Assembly: GCA_021788365.1 (NCBI GenBank)
Contig: JAJYKS010000001.1
Location: forward strand, 3,887-67,886
Source: a bacterium
Lineage (GTDB): Bacteria > Patescibacteriota > Microgenomatia > UBA1400 > UBA12108
DNA: 64,000 bases
Direction: 5' to 3'
Below the pieces are notes generated by a model. It saw nothing but the letters and a program-made list of their open reading frames with translations, was not told the origin of the DNA and searched no databases. The position numbers and the translations under genes are program-made. This document shows, one piece after another, positions 10,565-21,682 of the stretch. The first letter of the stretch is position 1; the number at the start of each line of letters is the position of its first letter.

Positions 10565-11668
10565 TTATAGACGGTTTCGCCACGCTTTGGCGAGCGTCAT
10601 GCTCCCACCAATGAGGGCTACGACTGCCGGGAGTGTGAATGTAGATAGTACAAGGGTTAGCTGATTTGTCTCCCAGAATCCCGTACCCACATACGAGAGA
10701 TAGCGAGAGAGGACGGATAGCGAGTATGCAGCCACTGTCCACCGTACCCACTTGGTATCCACGAGAGCCGCAAGGGGAACGAGCCAGGTCACGTACCACG
10801 GCTGGTATTGCGTGGTGTAGTTATACAGGAGTGGAGCTGCAGCCAAGGCCGCCAATAATGTGTAGTTCGCAAGATACGTGGGAATTCTTTTTTTGAGAAT
10901 TATAAACGGTAGGTATAGCACCGTAACAAATTTGATACCGACAGAGAGCAACAGAGTAACGATAGATAGCACGCGCTTGCGGCGCGATAACAGGTAGTAC
11001 ATTGCTAAAAGAAGCAATGCAATCATACCCGCATCGTTGTGAGCATTTATCAGCCATTCAACGAGAACCAATGGGTTGAGGGCAAAAAAGAGCGCCGCTT
11101 TGTTATCGCTTAGCTTCCGTATACACCAGACCGTGAGTAGGTAGAATCCCCAGTTTTGTATTTTCAACAAGAAAAGTGCTGGAACAAACCTTCCAAGACC
11201 TAAGAGGTAGGGCGGGATGGCGAGGAGCGTCTCCACCGGCCCGTACGGCGAGGGGGTGTGTACCCAGCGCATAAAGCGAATCCAGAGATCATCGGGGAAG
11301 GCGTTCGGTGGCACGACGTGCGGATTGGCGTGATAGAGCAAAAGCTCTTTGGCAGCAAAAAGATACTTGAAACTGTCGGCGGAGAGCATGGGATAGGCAA
11401 AGACGAGTGGCAGTGAGATGGCTAGTAGCCATTTCCAGGAAAAAGTGAACGAATGAAAGAATGAAAAAATATACGCAGCAAAAGATATCGCGATAAGCAC
11501 CACAAAAATTTGCACCGACAGCGGTCGATTGAAATATATTAGGTGTTGCAAAGGCGAGAGGAGCGCGAGCCAGTAGTGGTTGCTGGAAATAGTGAGATTG
11601 AGATCAACAAAACCATATGAATAGATAAGCCAAGAAAATGCGAGGATGAGCCACGCTACATTAATCAT
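10565..11668 (-). CDS. MptA/B-like (GT87-type) polyprenol-phosphate-sugar-dependent glycosyltransferase
   Basis: LSADSFKY, PSPYGP, ALNPLVL, NAHNDA, YQPWY. Start uncertain (11686 or 11668). Confidence 0.75.
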   Translation of the reverse strand: MINVAWLILAFSWLIYSYGFVDLNLTISSNHYWLALLSPLQHLIYFNRPLSVQIFVVLIAISFAAYIFSFFHSFTFSWKWLLAISLPLVFAYPMLSADSFKYLFAAKELLLYHANPHVVPPNAFPDDLWIRFMRWVHTPSPYGPVETLLAIPPYLLGLGRFVPALFLLKIQNWGFYLLTVWCIRKLSDNKAALFFALNPLVLVEWLINAHNDAGMIALLLLAMYYLLSRRKRVLSIVTLLLSVGIKFVTVLYLPFIILKKRIPTYLANYTLLAALAAAPLLYNYTTQYQPWYVTWLVPLAALVDTKWVRWTVAAYSLSVLSRYLSYVGTGFWETNQLTLVLSTFTLPAVVALIGGSMTLAKAWRNRL

Positions 11669-12413
11669 ATTTTCCGAGTAGGTCATTTACACGGACGCGA
11701 AGGATCTCGAAGAGCATTTCTATGGATTCTTTTATAAAATTCCTCCGCTTACTCGAACTAGTGTCTTCGTCTCGCCATGCTACTCGTATTTCTTTAATAG
11801 GATTCCCTAGTTTTTTGGCGATGTGCAGGAGCTCGACGTCATACGCGGTTACCTTCCATCCTTTCACGTGATTTTCCCGTTTGAAAAGCATCATTTTACT
11901 GAAAATGGTCCTCGCAAGTTTGGTATCTAGTAACTTAAAACCGCACTGAGTGTCCTTAATTTCTGGTAAGAGAATTACACGACGAACTACAAGAAATATA
12001 ACTGACGCTGTTTGCCGGAGGAGAGATGCACCACCCCGACGTGCTCCGCGAGAGCCAATAACAACGGGAAATCCTTTGTTTGTCCACGGCAATAGCTTGC
12101 CGAGCTCTTCGATGGGGGTCGATTGATCCATATCGGTGAAGAGGACATACTGCCCTTTGGCAGCTTTAATCGCCGCACTAAGCGCGTATGGCTTGCCGGC
12201 ATGGGGAAGTTTGAGTACCCGTACCCGCTCGTCACGCGCCGCAAAACGGGATATCGCTGCGAGGGAACTGTCGGTCGAGCCATCGTCGGCTACAATCATC
12301 TCCCATTCGTAGGATTGTTTCTTTAGATAGGAGACAATGTGCAAAAGAACGCCGCGGGAGACGTTTTCTGCTTCGTTGTAATTGGGGAGGATAATGGAAA
12401 TTCTTGGTTGCAT
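11661..12413 (-). CDS. polyprenyl/dolichyl-phosphate glucosyltransferase-like GT2
   Basis: PNYNEA, DDGSTD, FTDMD, DTQCGFK, DVELL. Confidence 0.88.
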   Translation of the reverse strand: MQPRISIILPNYNEAENVSRGVLLHIVSYLKKQSYEWEMIVADDGSTDSSLAAISRFAARDERVRVLKLPHAGKPYALSAAIKAAKGQYVLFTDMDQSTPIEELGKLLPWTNKGFPVVIGSRGARRGGASLLRQTASVIFLVVRRVILLPEIKDTQCGFKLLDTKLARTIFSKMMLFKRENHVKGWKVTAYDVELLHIAKKLGNPIKEIRVAWRDEDTSSSKRRNFIKESIEMLFEILRVRVNDLLGKYD

Positions 12414-12426
12414 AATGTGTATCTTA

Positions 12427-13950
12427 TCAGGGAGTGCCGGGATTCTCCAAGTCTATTTCGGCAACCCAGATACCGTACGAAACGTGTTCGTTGCTCACCA
12501 TTGTTCTTTTCCCACTAAAGGAATTGAGTTGTGGGTGCCCAAGGTACGAAGCGAGTGCCGGATGCGATGGACCGGTTAGGAAAAGGAGCGTTGTCGTCTC
12601 ATCGTCTTTGGGGCACGGCGCGCCAACACAAATGTCAAACACTCTCTTTTGCAAAGTATTTGATGGTGGATTGTCCGAGATTGCAAGAAAGTACTGGAAG
12701 GGAGAGGTGTAGGTCCCCTGGGTACTTACAACGTTGTAGGGCATTGACCCGGCGTGCGCCGTAATGTAGCCTGCTACGGCTTTGGCTTTTTCTGCTTGGT
12801 GGGTAGGACCGGAAGTAATGTAGCCGAGTGAGTATTGTACGGACAACACCAACACGAGTAGGAGTATCGCTAGGTTTAGTTTTTTTGCAAAGAGTGGCGA
12901 GATGAGCAGGATAACCAGCGGAATACCGAACTCTAGGTAATGCGGATGAATTGTCTCTTGGTAAAAGCCGAGTACTAACATACTGCCTATGAGCATGAGT
13001 ACGAGCGCTATGTACGCTCCGTGTTTTTTGCGACGCGTTACCCATAGCGACACCCCAACCACCAGTAGAAAACCGACGAGGGCGGGCAGGCCAGCCTTTA
13101 CGTTACCCATATCGGTTCCTACAAGGGTATTTTCGATAAGCATGGAACCCGTCCCTGCGAATTTTTGCCAGTAGAGCCATAAGGGAGGGTTGTAGCGTAG
13201 GTTGTGCTCGCGTGTTGCCGTCACAAACCCGACGAGCGCTTTGGTATCTACCCAATGGTTGCGGACCTCGAATAAAAAGAAGGGCGACATAATCATGGCG
13301 AATCCAACCAACGCGAGGAGTGTCCCTGCCAGCAAATGTTTGATCTCGCGACGCCCCGTCCATATGAGGCCGAGTGTGAGTATTCCACAGAAAACGAGCG
13401 CCATATAATGTAACTGCATCATGGTGCCAACACCGACCCCGAAGGCAAACCACCACCTACCGAGTCGTGATTTCTCAAATACGAGCTTGTCGAATACGAG
13501 GAGCATAAGAACGCTCGTCAGGGGCACCAGGTTTGGGTTCCATGAGGCACGCGTTACAGCCAAGGGGTATGGGAGAATCGCAAATAGTAGTGCAGCAACA
13601 TACCCTGCACTCCTTGAAAACCATTTTTTGCCAAGTACGTAGAGAAAATATGTGGTGAGCATGCCTGAGATGGCGATTGCGATCGCGGGCCCGACTGGAT
13701 CCATGTGCGACATGATGAGCGCCGGCGTGATGAGGTAGTAGTAAAGAGGCCCCAGGTACATATTCCCCGTTGAAGTTTGTGGGCCCAAGAGAACCGGCAG
13801 ATGTGTGTCGAGCATGCGCTTTACGATCAGCAGGTCGCGACCCTCATCCTCGAGAAATGTCATGGTGGCAGCGATACGATAGAGGCGTAGACCCAGTGAA
13901 ACTGCGAGGATTACTAAAAGAGGCCAGTTATTTTTGATCCACCGCATCAT
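12427..13950 (-). CDS. ArnT/PMT-like GT-C membrane glycosyltransferase
   Basis: DEGRD, LLGPQTS...YLGPLYYY, WNPN; multi-TM. Confidence 0.82.
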   Translation of the reverse strand: MMRWIKNNWPLLVILAVSLGLRLYRIAATMTFLEDEGRDLLIVKRMLDTHLPVLLGPQTSTGNMYLGPLYYYLITPALIMSHMDPVGPAIAIAISGMLTTYFLYVLGKKWFSRSAGYVAALLFAILPYPLAVTRASWNPNLVPLTSVLMLLVFDKLVFEKSRLGRWWFAFGVGVGTMMQLHYMALVFCGILTLGLIWTGRREIKHLLAGTLLALVGFAMIMSPFFLFEVRNHWVDTKALVGFVTATREHNLRYNPPLWLYWQKFAGTGSMLIENTLVGTDMGNVKAGLPALVGFLLVVGVSLWVTRRKKHGAYIALVLMLIGSMLVLGFYQETIHPHYLEFGIPLVILLISPLFAKKLNLAILLLVLVLSVQYSLGYITSGPTHQAEKAKAVAGYITAHAGSMPYNVVSTQGTYTSPFQYFLAISDNPPSNTLQKRVFDICVGAPCPKDDETTTLLFLTGPSHPALASYLGHPQLNSFSGKRTMVSNEHVSYGIWVAEIDLENPGTP

Positions 13951-14666
13951 GTGCTTTTGTGTAGTTCTTTGTAGAGCCGAAAACTCTCACGCGCAGCGCG
14001 GGCGATGACACGCCAGTTACCGCCCGTTTGGGCGCCAAATTGACGGGCATAGTGACGGACCGGGAGTTGTTTGATCCGATACCCTCTTGCTGTCGCTTTT
14101 ACCAAAAATTCGGTGACGGTGATGGCACTCTCTGTTTGGAGGGTGATACTGTCCCGCACTTTTCTCGTAAAGAGCTTGTATGCGCAATCAACGTCGCGGA
14201 CGGTAAGACCGAAAAGCACATAGTCCCAGACTTTGAGGAGTACTTGGGCGACGAAGACGCGGTGGAAGGGGTCCATGCGCTTTTTGCGATAGCCGATGAC
14301 GAGATCCGCGCTGTCTGCGGCTGCAATAAATTTCGGTAGTTCGTCGAAGCGGAATTGGCGATCGCTATCGGTAAAGAAGATCCAGTCGTATTTTGCCCCC
14401 TTCATCCCCGACTTTACTGCGGCGCCGTACCCTTTATTTTCCGTGTGGCTTATGAGGCGAATGTGCGCGTCTTTTTTGGCAAGCGAGCTAACAATCTTCG
14501 CTGTGTTGTCGCGGGAGCCATCGTTTACCACGATGATTTCGTATTGCCGTGCTACCTGGCGCGCGGCTACTGCTGCTTCGTTTACGACCGTCGCTATGTT
14601 CTCTGCCTCATTGTATGCGGGCATAAAAATCGAGAGCGAAGAAAGTTTTTCCTGCTTCTTTAGCAT
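13947..14666 (-). CDS. polyprenol-phosphate (DPM-synthase-like) GT2
   Basis: PAYNEAENI, NDGSRD, NKGYGAA, FTDSDRQF, DVDCAYK. Confidence 0.88.
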   Translation of the reverse strand: MLKKQEKLSSLSIFMPAYNEAENIATVVNEAAVAARQVARQYEIIVVNDGSRDNTAKIVSSLAKKDAHIRLISHTENKGYGAAVKSGMKGAKYDWIFFTDSDRQFRFDELPKFIAAADSADLVIGYRKKRMDPFHRVFVAQVLLKVWDYVLFGLTVRDVDCAYKLFTRKVRDSITLQTESAITVTEFLVKATARGYRIKQLPVRHYARQFGAQTGGNWRVIARAARESFRLYKELHKST

Positions 14667-14671
14667 GAGGA

Positions 14672-16360
14672 TTATTGTACACGAGATTTTAGGAGATACG
14701 CGAGATAGCCAACCAGAGTGATCGCGGTAAGGTAATCGGCGAGTGCCCGAAGTGGAGTTTCACCAAAGTGGAGATCGACGGTACTTTTACCTGCTGGTAC
14801 GGTAATGGTTATGAGACCATACGCGGGATCGGGTGTAATAGTCGTTTTACGGCCATTTACGGTACCTGTCCACCCAGGGAAATAAAACTCCGATAGCGTG
14901 AGCGTAGCCGAGTGTTCGGCAGTTACGGTTACTACAAAATGGTTGGAGGTGCGCGCGTAAACTGGCGCGGCTGTCACCCCGTCTACTTTGGCGTAGAGCG
15001 GGCTTGATGCGTCGTTTTCTGGTACTTTGTGAACCGTGTCGGGAAGATAGTCGTACAAACTTGCGGACATCTGGTCTTTTGTTTTTGATCCTGCAAGGTA
15101 ATCCACATCGGTGTACTGGTCATAATAGCGCGGGAAGAAGAAACGGTAGGAATATATGGGAAGTGCAACGAACGTAGCAAAAAGCAGAACCATCGTCAGT
15201 TTTTTGGGTAACGTTGAGAGCAGCAGGATTATTGCGATCACCAAAGGTATACCAGCCCAAGCAACGAAGCGCCACGGGAACTGCACGTATTGCAATTCCA
15301 CGATATGTTTCCACAAAAATTCACTCTTGCCGTGGGTCAAGAATATGAGAAAACCGAACGCGGCAAGTGAGAACGCAACGAGGCCAAGTTTCTTGGTATT
15401 TTGTTTTTGATATTTTTTGTCACGTAGGAAGAAAAAGACCGTAAACATGAGTGCGACGCCAAGTAAGATCGTGTGGATATGTCCCACCATAAAGGGCATG
15501 TCATCTTTGGCAATACCCCAGACGCTCGCGTTGTAGTTCCATACATACCAGGTAAATAGCTGCCCTAGCGAAACAAAATGGTTGGAATAGGTAAAGTACC
15601 CTGAGATCAGAGATCCTGTCTGTACCAACTGTTTTTCTACTATGACTGGGATAAAGTAGAACGCCGCTATCCCGATACCCATCACGACGGCTGCCGTAAA
15701 GCGGATTATGTTACGGAACATTGGTTTTTTGTGTACGATGAGGAGCGCAATGAGCCACCCTGCTGCAATACCGGTCACTACAAACGATGAAATTATATGA
15801 GTCACGTAAATCGCTGCAAATAGGAATGGGAGCGATTTCTGCCACTTATTTGTACGTACCAGCCGGTAAATGCCGAGCATGATGAGGGGTGCCAGACTCC
15901 AGCATAAGTTCTCGGCGTACACACCGCGAATGAACGCGTTAATTGCATGGAACGGGTATAGCGTATAGAGCACCGAGGCAAGCGCGGCAAGATCATCACG
16001 CTTCGTTAGCTCTTTGGCGAACGCATACATTGCCCAGGCAGCAAGGAGAAATGTCAAAAACTCGAAAAGATTGAGACTCGCAACCAGCGAAAAGCCAATA
16101 GTGTGGAGGAGCGATGGGACTACATAGATCATGGGCGCATAGAACTCGAACCACGGATAGCCATATCCCTTGCCGAGATTTGCCGACCATCGGCAGGGAA
16201 TCTGCCCATCGCGGAAGCACTGCATAAATTCGTTCAAGCGAAAAATCTCTATGTCGTCGTGCGTATAGAAATGAAGACCTGTCAGGAGCATACGGCCAGC
16301 GAGTACGGCAACGATAAGCGCGAGAAGTAGCCATTTGTATTTTTTGACGAAATCCCACAT
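14672..16360 (-). CDS. YfhO/PTPS-related GT-C membrane protein, paralogue of 7514-9049
   Basis: THDD, GYGYPWFEFYAP, IRGVYAE, QFPWRF, YFPGW. Confidence 0.8.
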   Translation of the reverse strand: MWDFVKKYKWLLLALIVAVLAGRMLLTGLHFYTHDDIEIFRLNEFMQCFRDGQIPCRWSANLGKGYGYPWFEFYAPMIYVVPSLLHTIGFSLVASLNLFEFLTFLLAAWAMYAFAKELTKRDDLAALASVLYTLYPFHAINAFIRGVYAENLCWSLAPLIMLGIYRLVRTNKWQKSLPFLFAAIYVTHIISSFVVTGIAAGWLIALLIVHKKPMFRNIIRFTAAVVMGIGIAAFYFIPVIVEKQLVQTGSLISGYFTYSNHFVSLGQLFTWYVWNYNASVWGIAKDDMPFMVGHIHTILLGVALMFTVFFFLRDKKYQKQNTKKLGLVAFSLAAFGFLIFLTHGKSEFLWKHIVELQYVQFPWRFVAWAGIPLVIAIILLLSTLPKKLTMVLLFATFVALPIYSYRFFFPRYYDQYTDVDYLAGSKTKDQMSASLYDYLPDTVHKVPENDASSPLYAKVDGVTAAPVYARTSNHFVVTVTAEHSATLTLSEFYFPGWTGTVNGRKTTITPDPAYGLITITVPAGKSTVDLHFGETPLRALADYLTAITLVGYLAYLLKSRVQ

Positions 16361-16382
16361 GCAGTTATGCTACCATAAACAC

Positions 16383-17537
16383 ATGTGGAAACAGATGGGG
16401 ATCGTGGTAGCCGTTGCACTTGCCTCGCTCGCACTTTTTTGGCTACCCTTTTTTACCAAGACGGATACGTTCTGGGGTATCACCTTTGGTGGCCAAGGAT
16501 TACAGGTCATTTCGCAAAATTTTGACGGAGTGAACTTCCTTATCGTTGCCAAGACCCTGTACGATCCCGCTAGTCTCTCTACCCTTACTCACGCCATGGG
16601 CGTTGCCAATACTCCCCTCTATTTTACTGCTCACTACCCCCTCTTCCCTTTGCTTATCCGATTATTTTTGACCATTTCTCGCGGGCCATACGCGCTTTTA
16701 TACGCGATCATCGTTTCCAATATCCTGCTCTCCGTGGGCCTCGTAATGTTTTTCCACACGGTGGTACCCAACAAAAGATTGGCGTTGTGGTTATCGCTTT
16801 TTGCGCTACTTCTTCCTGCTCGCATGTTATCTGACCGAGCGGTGGGAGCAAACGAGCCACTCTTTCTATTTTTCTCACTCACCTCCCTTGCTGCGGCATA
16901 TAAAGGAAAACACTTCCTCGCCGGTGGTTTGGGCGCATTGGCCGTCCTCACCCGGAGCCCTGGAATCTTACTTTTTGGTGGGTACGTCCTGGCAGCTATT
17001 GCCGCTTCACCCCGAGATATTCGCACCATCGTGAAACGAATAGTCCCCTATTTGACGATCCCGGTGGCACTTTTGGCGCTTGTCGCATTTTATGGATGGC
17101 GCTATGGCAGTCCCCTCGCCTATCTCAACTCCGGGGTGAGTCTTAACCTGGAACTCCCCCCTTTCCGCGCGTTTGGCACGAATGAATCGTGGGTCTCTGG
17201 CATGTGGCGAGATGACATCTGGTACGTATACCTACTGTTTGGCATGGGGATGCTGCCACTCGTCTCCAAACTAAAACTGGGAGAGCGCTTTGAGAGTTTG
17301 GTGATCCCGCTCTATGGTGCTATCTACTATGTATCGCTCTTTTTTGTAGCACATCGAGATATTGCACGCTACTCACTTCCCCTCGCGCCACTTGTTATCC
17401 TTGGATTCTCGCCGTGGATCGCGCGGCGCGAGGTGCGGTGGCTACTCCTTCTCCTTCTTATTCCCGTCTACCTATTGGGGTGGCAATTTGTTTTGCAAAA
17501 TATCCAGCCGATTGCAGACTGGACACCGCTGCTGTAA
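16383..17537 (+). CDS. PIG-V/mannosyltransferase-like GT-C membrane protein
   Basis: NFDG, AHYPLFPLL, NEPLFL, LTRSPG, DIARY. Start placed at ATG 16383 because TACCAT lies 6 nt upstream. Confidence 0.78.
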   Translation: MWKQMGIVVAVALASLALFWLPFFTKTDTFWGITFGGQGLQVISQNFDGVNFLIVAKTLYDPASLSTLTHAMGVANTPLYFTAHYPLFPLLIRLFLTISRGPYALLYAIIVSNILLSVGLVMFFHTVVPNKRLALWLSLFALLLPARMLSDRAVGANEPLFLFFSLTSLAAAYKGKHFLAGGLGALAVLTRSPGILLFGGYVLAAIAASPRDIRTIVKRIVPYLTIPVALLALVAFYGWRYGSPLAYLNSGVSLNLELPPFRAFGTNESWVSGMWRDDIWYVYLLFGMGMLPLVSKLKLGERFESLVIPLYGAIYYVSLFFVAHRDIARYSLPLAPLVILGFSPWIARREVRWLLLLLLIPVYLLGWQFVLQNIQPIADWTPLL

Positions 17538-17540
17538 CGA

Positions 17541-18725
17541 TTACTTCTTCCCTCGACCTTGCTCGGGACCATGAGCCTTCCAGATGATGCGGTCGTAGGC
17601 GAAGAAGTTCCAGAACATACCGACAAAGATGCCGACCACGGCGTACATGACACCGGTGTCGACCGCTAGGTGAATTACGGGAACGGTAAAGAGTGGGCGT
17701 AGACCTATTGTAAATTGGCCCACTATCGCGATGCCCTGTTGTATGAGAATGCTCCCAGCAGAGGCTAGGTTAAATTGGATAAATTTGGATGGTATATCGA
17801 TTGCTCGTAGTTTGCGATCTGAAAATGTGTAGAGATTGCTCCAAATGAAATTGCTTACGATGGATGTCTCTATGGATAGAAAGAAAGCCAACTGAAATGG
17901 CATAACCTTGCGATAGAGATATAGAAACGTAAACTGCACGAGCGCCCCAAAACCACCGACCACGACGAACTTGAAAAGACGATTGTTGAGAATGTCGTGG
18001 AGACGTAATTTCATAATAAAGAGTAAGTTGTTGATAATATATTCCGGCCCGAGTTTCGACTTTCCTTCTGTTCGATCCTTAAATACAAAGGGAACCTCCG
18101 CAACCTTAAAGCCTGACTGTAGTGACTTTACGAGAAAACCTATCTGCCACGTATAGCCGGTAAATGTTTGGCCGCCTAGCTCGGGGATAATCTTCTCCAC
18201 CACCTTGCGGCGGATGGCGCGGTAGCCACTGGTCCAGTCGCGGACGTGTGGGTTGAGCATGACTGTTTCTATAAAGAGATTGCCGACTACCGAAAGAAAT
18301 TTCCGGTGAAAACCCCAGTTTTTCGGGATACCACCACCGTGGATATACCGACTGCCAAGGACGAGATCTGCACCGCTCTCGATGGCTTCCAGCATGGCTG
18401 GAATACGGGAGGGATCGTGTTGCAGGTCGGCATCAAACTCGAAAACAACGTCTGCATGTAGTTTGTCGAGCGAATAAATCATTCCCTTTTTGTACGCATG
18501 ACCTAAGCCACCTTTTCTCTTGTTCATGAGGATGTGAACCCACTTGTACTTGAACATGAGATCACGTACGACCGCGGCGGTGCCATCGGGCGAGCTGTCG
18601 TCTACGAATAAAAGCTGCATGTTGTACGAGCTCAGCGACTTGAAGATGGGTGCAAGCGCCAGGACAAGTGCTTTTACATTGCCTGATTCGTTATAGGTGG
18701 GTACGATGACAACAACATTTTTCAT
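17541..18725 (-). CDS. polyprenol-monophosphomannose-synthase-like GT2 fused to a GtrA flippase domain
   Basis: PTYNE, DDSSPDGT, DADLQHDP, DWTSGYRA, then GtrA-like FKFVVVG...SNFIWSN...WNF. Confidence 0.88.
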   Translation of the reverse strand: MKNVVVIVPTYNESGNVKALVLALAPIFKSLSSYNMQLLFVDDSSPDGTAAVVRDLMFKYKWVHILMNKRKGGLGHAYKKGMIYSLDKLHADVVFEFDADLQHDPSRIPAMLEAIESGADLVLGSRYIHGGGIPKNWGFHRKFLSVVGNLFIETVMLNPHVRDWTSGYRAIRRKVVEKIIPELGGQTFTGYTWQIGFLVKSLQSGFKVAEVPFVFKDRTEGKSKLGPEYIINNLLFIMKLRLHDILNNRLFKFVVVGGFGALVQFTFLYLYRKVMPFQLAFFLSIETSIVSNFIWSNLYTFSDRKLRAIDIPSKFIQFNLASAGSILIQQGIAIVGQFTIGLRPLFTVPVIHLAVDTGVMYAVVGIFVGMFWNFFAYDRIIWKAHGPEQGRGKK

Positions 18726-18729
18726 ATGA

Positions 18730-19695
18730 TTATTTGTTCCGATAATACTCAATAGTCTTGCTAAGACCGGCCTCAAAGTCAATTTTTGGTTCCCAGCCGA
18801 GCAAATTTATGGCTTTTGCTATATCAGGCTTGCGACGGGTAGGATCATCCGGGAGTATTGGCTTTTTCACTAGCTCCAGTTTTTCACCGGAGATTTTCTC
18901 GGCGAGTTCTATCGCCGACAAAATCGTGAATTCGCCGGGATTGCCGAGATTCACCACTTCGCCCACCATTTTTTCATTCTGAAAAACCCGAAAGATACCT
19001 TCAACGAGGTCGTCGACGTAGGTAAAAGAACGGGTTGCAGAGCCATCCCCGTAAAGGACAAACGGTTTTTTGTGTACAACACTGTCTACGAGATTTATGA
19101 GAAAGCGGCCGTCATCGAGGCGCATACGGGGGCCATAGGTGTTGAAGATACGAACAATCTTAATTTTCGTCCCGCGCGATCGGTAATAGGCAAACGCCAG
19201 GGCTTCCATAAAGCGCTTACCCTCGTCGTAGCAGCTCCGGACACCTGTCGAGGAAACGTTGCCCCAGTAGGTTTCTGGTTGTGGGTGGACTGCGGGATCG
19301 CCATATACTTCGCTTGTCGAGGCAAAAATGATGGGGCAGCCGGCAGTGGTTGCCAGATCCAGCATGTTTTTGGCACCGACACTATTGGCGAGCATGGTCT
19401 CCACCGGGTGATTGACGTAGGAGTCGGGAGCCTCGGGGTTTGGCGAGGCGGGCGAGGCAAAGTGGAGGATAGCGGTGAGAGATTCTAGGAGAGAGATTTT
19501 AGATTCTAGGGGAGTAGTTACGTCATGCTCCAGCAGGGTAAAGTGGGGATTGCCGACAAGGTGGGTGGTGTTGTCGCGGGAGCCACTCGAGAAATTGTCG
19601 AGACAGACGACGTCGTATCCCTCCTGTATAAACCGATCACACAGGTGGCTACCGATGAACCCTGCTCCGCCGGTTATCAAAATTTTATTCATCAT
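18730..19695 (-). CDS. uxs: UDP-glucuronate decarboxylase (UDP-xylose synthase)-like SDR
   Basis: TGGAGFIGSH, ASPASP, STSEVYGDP, RSCYDEGKR, RIFNTYGPRM, DDPTRRKPDI. Confidence 0.9.
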   Translation of the reverse strand: MMNKILITGGAGFIGSHLCDRFIQEGYDVVCLDNFSSGSRDNTTHLVGNPHFTLLEHDVTTPLESKISLLESLTAILHFASPASPNPEAPDSYVNHPVETMLANSVGAKNMLDLATTAGCPIIFASTSEVYGDPAVHPQPETYWGNVSSTGVRSCYDEGKRFMEALAFAYYRSRGTKIKIVRIFNTYGPRMRLDDGRFLINLVDSVVHKKPFVLYGDGSATRSFTYVDDLVEGIFRVFQNEKMVGEVVNLGNPGEFTILSAIELAEKISGEKLELVKKPILPDDPTRRKPDIAKAINLLGWEPKIDFEAGLSKTIEYYRNK

Positions 19696-19768
19696 AAAAT
19701 TTAATTTTCAATTTTCATTTTTTCCGAGCGCGAGATCATTCCCTCGACTTCGCTCGGGATGGCTATAT

Positions 19769-20737
19769 CTATATTTTTTCTAATTGTAAGTCAGCTTCGA
19801 CCATTAAGCGAACGAGTTCGTCGAAGCTGGTTTTGGGCACCCAGCCCAGCTTTTCTTTGGCTTTGGCAGGATTGCCGATCAAATGGTCTACTTCTGCCGG
19901 CCTGGTGTAGCGGGGATCGTTCCAGACCACTTTGTCTTCCCAATTCTTAATACCTGCGACGGTAAAGGCTTTTTCGGCAAACTCACGAATGGCGTGCGTC
20001 TCGCCGGTCGCGATAACATAGTCATCAGCCTCTTGCTGTTGCAGCATGAGCCACATCATCTCTACGTAGTCGCGGGCATAGCCCCAATCACGTTTACTAT
20101 CAGGGTTGCCAAGGTATAGTTTGTCAGCTTTCCCGTATTTGATTTTGGCTACGGTGCTACTAATTTTGCGCGTCACAAACTCCAATCCTCGGCGGGGAGA
20201 CTCGTGGTTGAAGAGAATGCCGGAGACGGCAAATAGATTGTACGACTCGCGGTAGTTTACCGTGATCCAGTGACCGTAAACCTTGGCTACCCCATAGGGG
20301 CTCCGTGGATAGAATGGTGTTTTTTCTGTTTGTGGTATTTCCTGTACTTTGCCAAACATTTCACTACTACTCGCCTGATAGAACTTCGCATCCGGTTTTG
20401 CCATGCGCATAGCGTCCAACATTCTGGTGACACCGAGTGCAGTACTCTCACCGGTGTACCCTGGTTGTTCCCAGCTCGCTTTTACGAAACTTTGGGCGGC
20501 AAGATTGTATATTTCATCGGGACACGCCTCTTGTATTGCTTGGTAGAGTGAGTATTGATCGATGAGGTCGCCCGACAAAAGATGGATTTTGTCTACAATA
20601 CTCTCTATACGTGAGTAGTTTGGTGTTGATGTGCGGCGCGAGAGGCCGTAGACCTCATATCCTTTTTCGAGCAAGAACTCTGCGAGGTAGCTTCCGTCCT
20701 GGCCGGTAATACCGGTAATTAAAGCTTTCTTTGGCAT
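19769..20737 (-). CDS. gmd: GDP-mannose 4,6-dehydratase
   Basis: [43 protein letters not shown]. Confidence 0.96.
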   Translation of the reverse strand: MPKKALITGITGQDGSYLAEFLLEKGYEVYGLSRRTSTPNYSRIESIVDKIHLLSGDLIDQYSLYQAIQEACPDEIYNLAAQSFVKASWEQPGYTGESTALGVTRMLDAMRMAKPDAKFYQASSSEMFGKVQEIPQTEKTPFYPRSPYGVAKVYGHWITVNYRESYNLFAVSGILFNHESPRRGLEFVTRKISSTVAKIKYGKADKLYLGNPDSKRDWGYARDYVEMMWLMLQQQEADDYVIATGETHAIREFAEKAFTVAGIKNWEDKVVWNDPRYTRPAEVDHLIGNPAKAKEKLGWVPKTSFDELVRLMVEADLQLEKI

Positions 20738-20738
20738 A

Positions 20739-21641
20739 TTACTGTTTTCTCCAAAAATCTAATACATTTATTATAGTCTTGTCTAGGGGTATTGTGGGTG
20801 TCCAGCCGGTTGCCGCTACAAATTTGCTATTGTCGGCTACTAGAATTGGCACGTCGGCAGTACGCTGGTTCCCGACATCTATACGTATAGGTATATCTAT
20901 TTTGGTAACTTTGCGGAAGAGTTCGATGACGTCGTGGATGCTGACCCCATGCCCTGAGCCTATGTTGTATACTTCGCCACTCTTACACTTCTCTCCGGCC
21001 AAAATATAGGCATCAACCATGTCTTCCACGTCGGTAAAATCCCGTATCGTGGCTGTATTACCGACAACTATTTCAGATATTTCACCTCGCTCGGCACTGA
21101 CAAACTGTTTTGCAAGGGCCGGGATCACGAAATTTGGCGTTTGACCAGGACCAGTGTGGTTGAACGGGCGCAAGATCACTATATCCATGTTGTATGCGAG
21201 GTAATATTCCTGTGCCAGGAGTTCTTGTGTTACTTTGGATACAGCGTACGGATTCAGGGGGCGCTGCGGACACGTTTCTTTTATCGGCGTATCGACAGCT
21301 GCGACTAAGCCGTACCCATTTGCTGAGCAGATCGCGACGATGCGGGTTCCTGGCGCGTGGAGTCGCACGGCTTCGAGTATGTTGTATTGCAACACACTGT
21401 TTGCGGTCAGGATTTGCGGCGCATTTCGCTCACTCCCCTCAACCACGGAGAGCGCCGCCAGCTGATACACAACGTCTGGCTTTGTCTCTTGTATAAGGCG
21501 CTCGGTGTAGGCAAAATCGGTGAGATCGGTTGTGGGACTATACACGGATTGACTGACGGTATATCCCTTTTTCTCAAGTTTCGCCACCAAATGTTTTCCT
21601 ACGAATCCCCCTGCGCCGGTGACCAAAATTTTATGCGTCAT
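20739..21641 (-). CDS. rmd: GDP-4-keto-6-deoxy-D-mannose reductase-like SDR
   Basis: [33 protein letters not shown]; adjacent to gmd. Confidence 0.8.
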   Translation of the reverse strand: MTHKILVTGAGGFVGKHLVAKLEKKGYTVSQSVYSPTTDLTDFAYTERLIQETKPDVVYQLAALSVVEGSERNAPQILTANSVLQYNILEAVRLHAPGTRIVAICSANGYGLVAAVDTPIKETCPQRPLNPYAVSKVTQELLAQEYYLAYNMDIVILRPFNHTGPGQTPNFVIPALAKQFVSAERGEISEIVVGNTATIRDFTDVEDMVDAYILAGEKCKSGEVYNIGSGHGVSIHDVIELFRKVTKIDIPIRIDVGNQRTADVPILVADNSKFVAATGWTPTIPLDKTIINVLDFWRKQ

Positions 21642-21682
21642 AAAATTTAATTTTCAATTATCAATTTCCAATTTTCAAATAC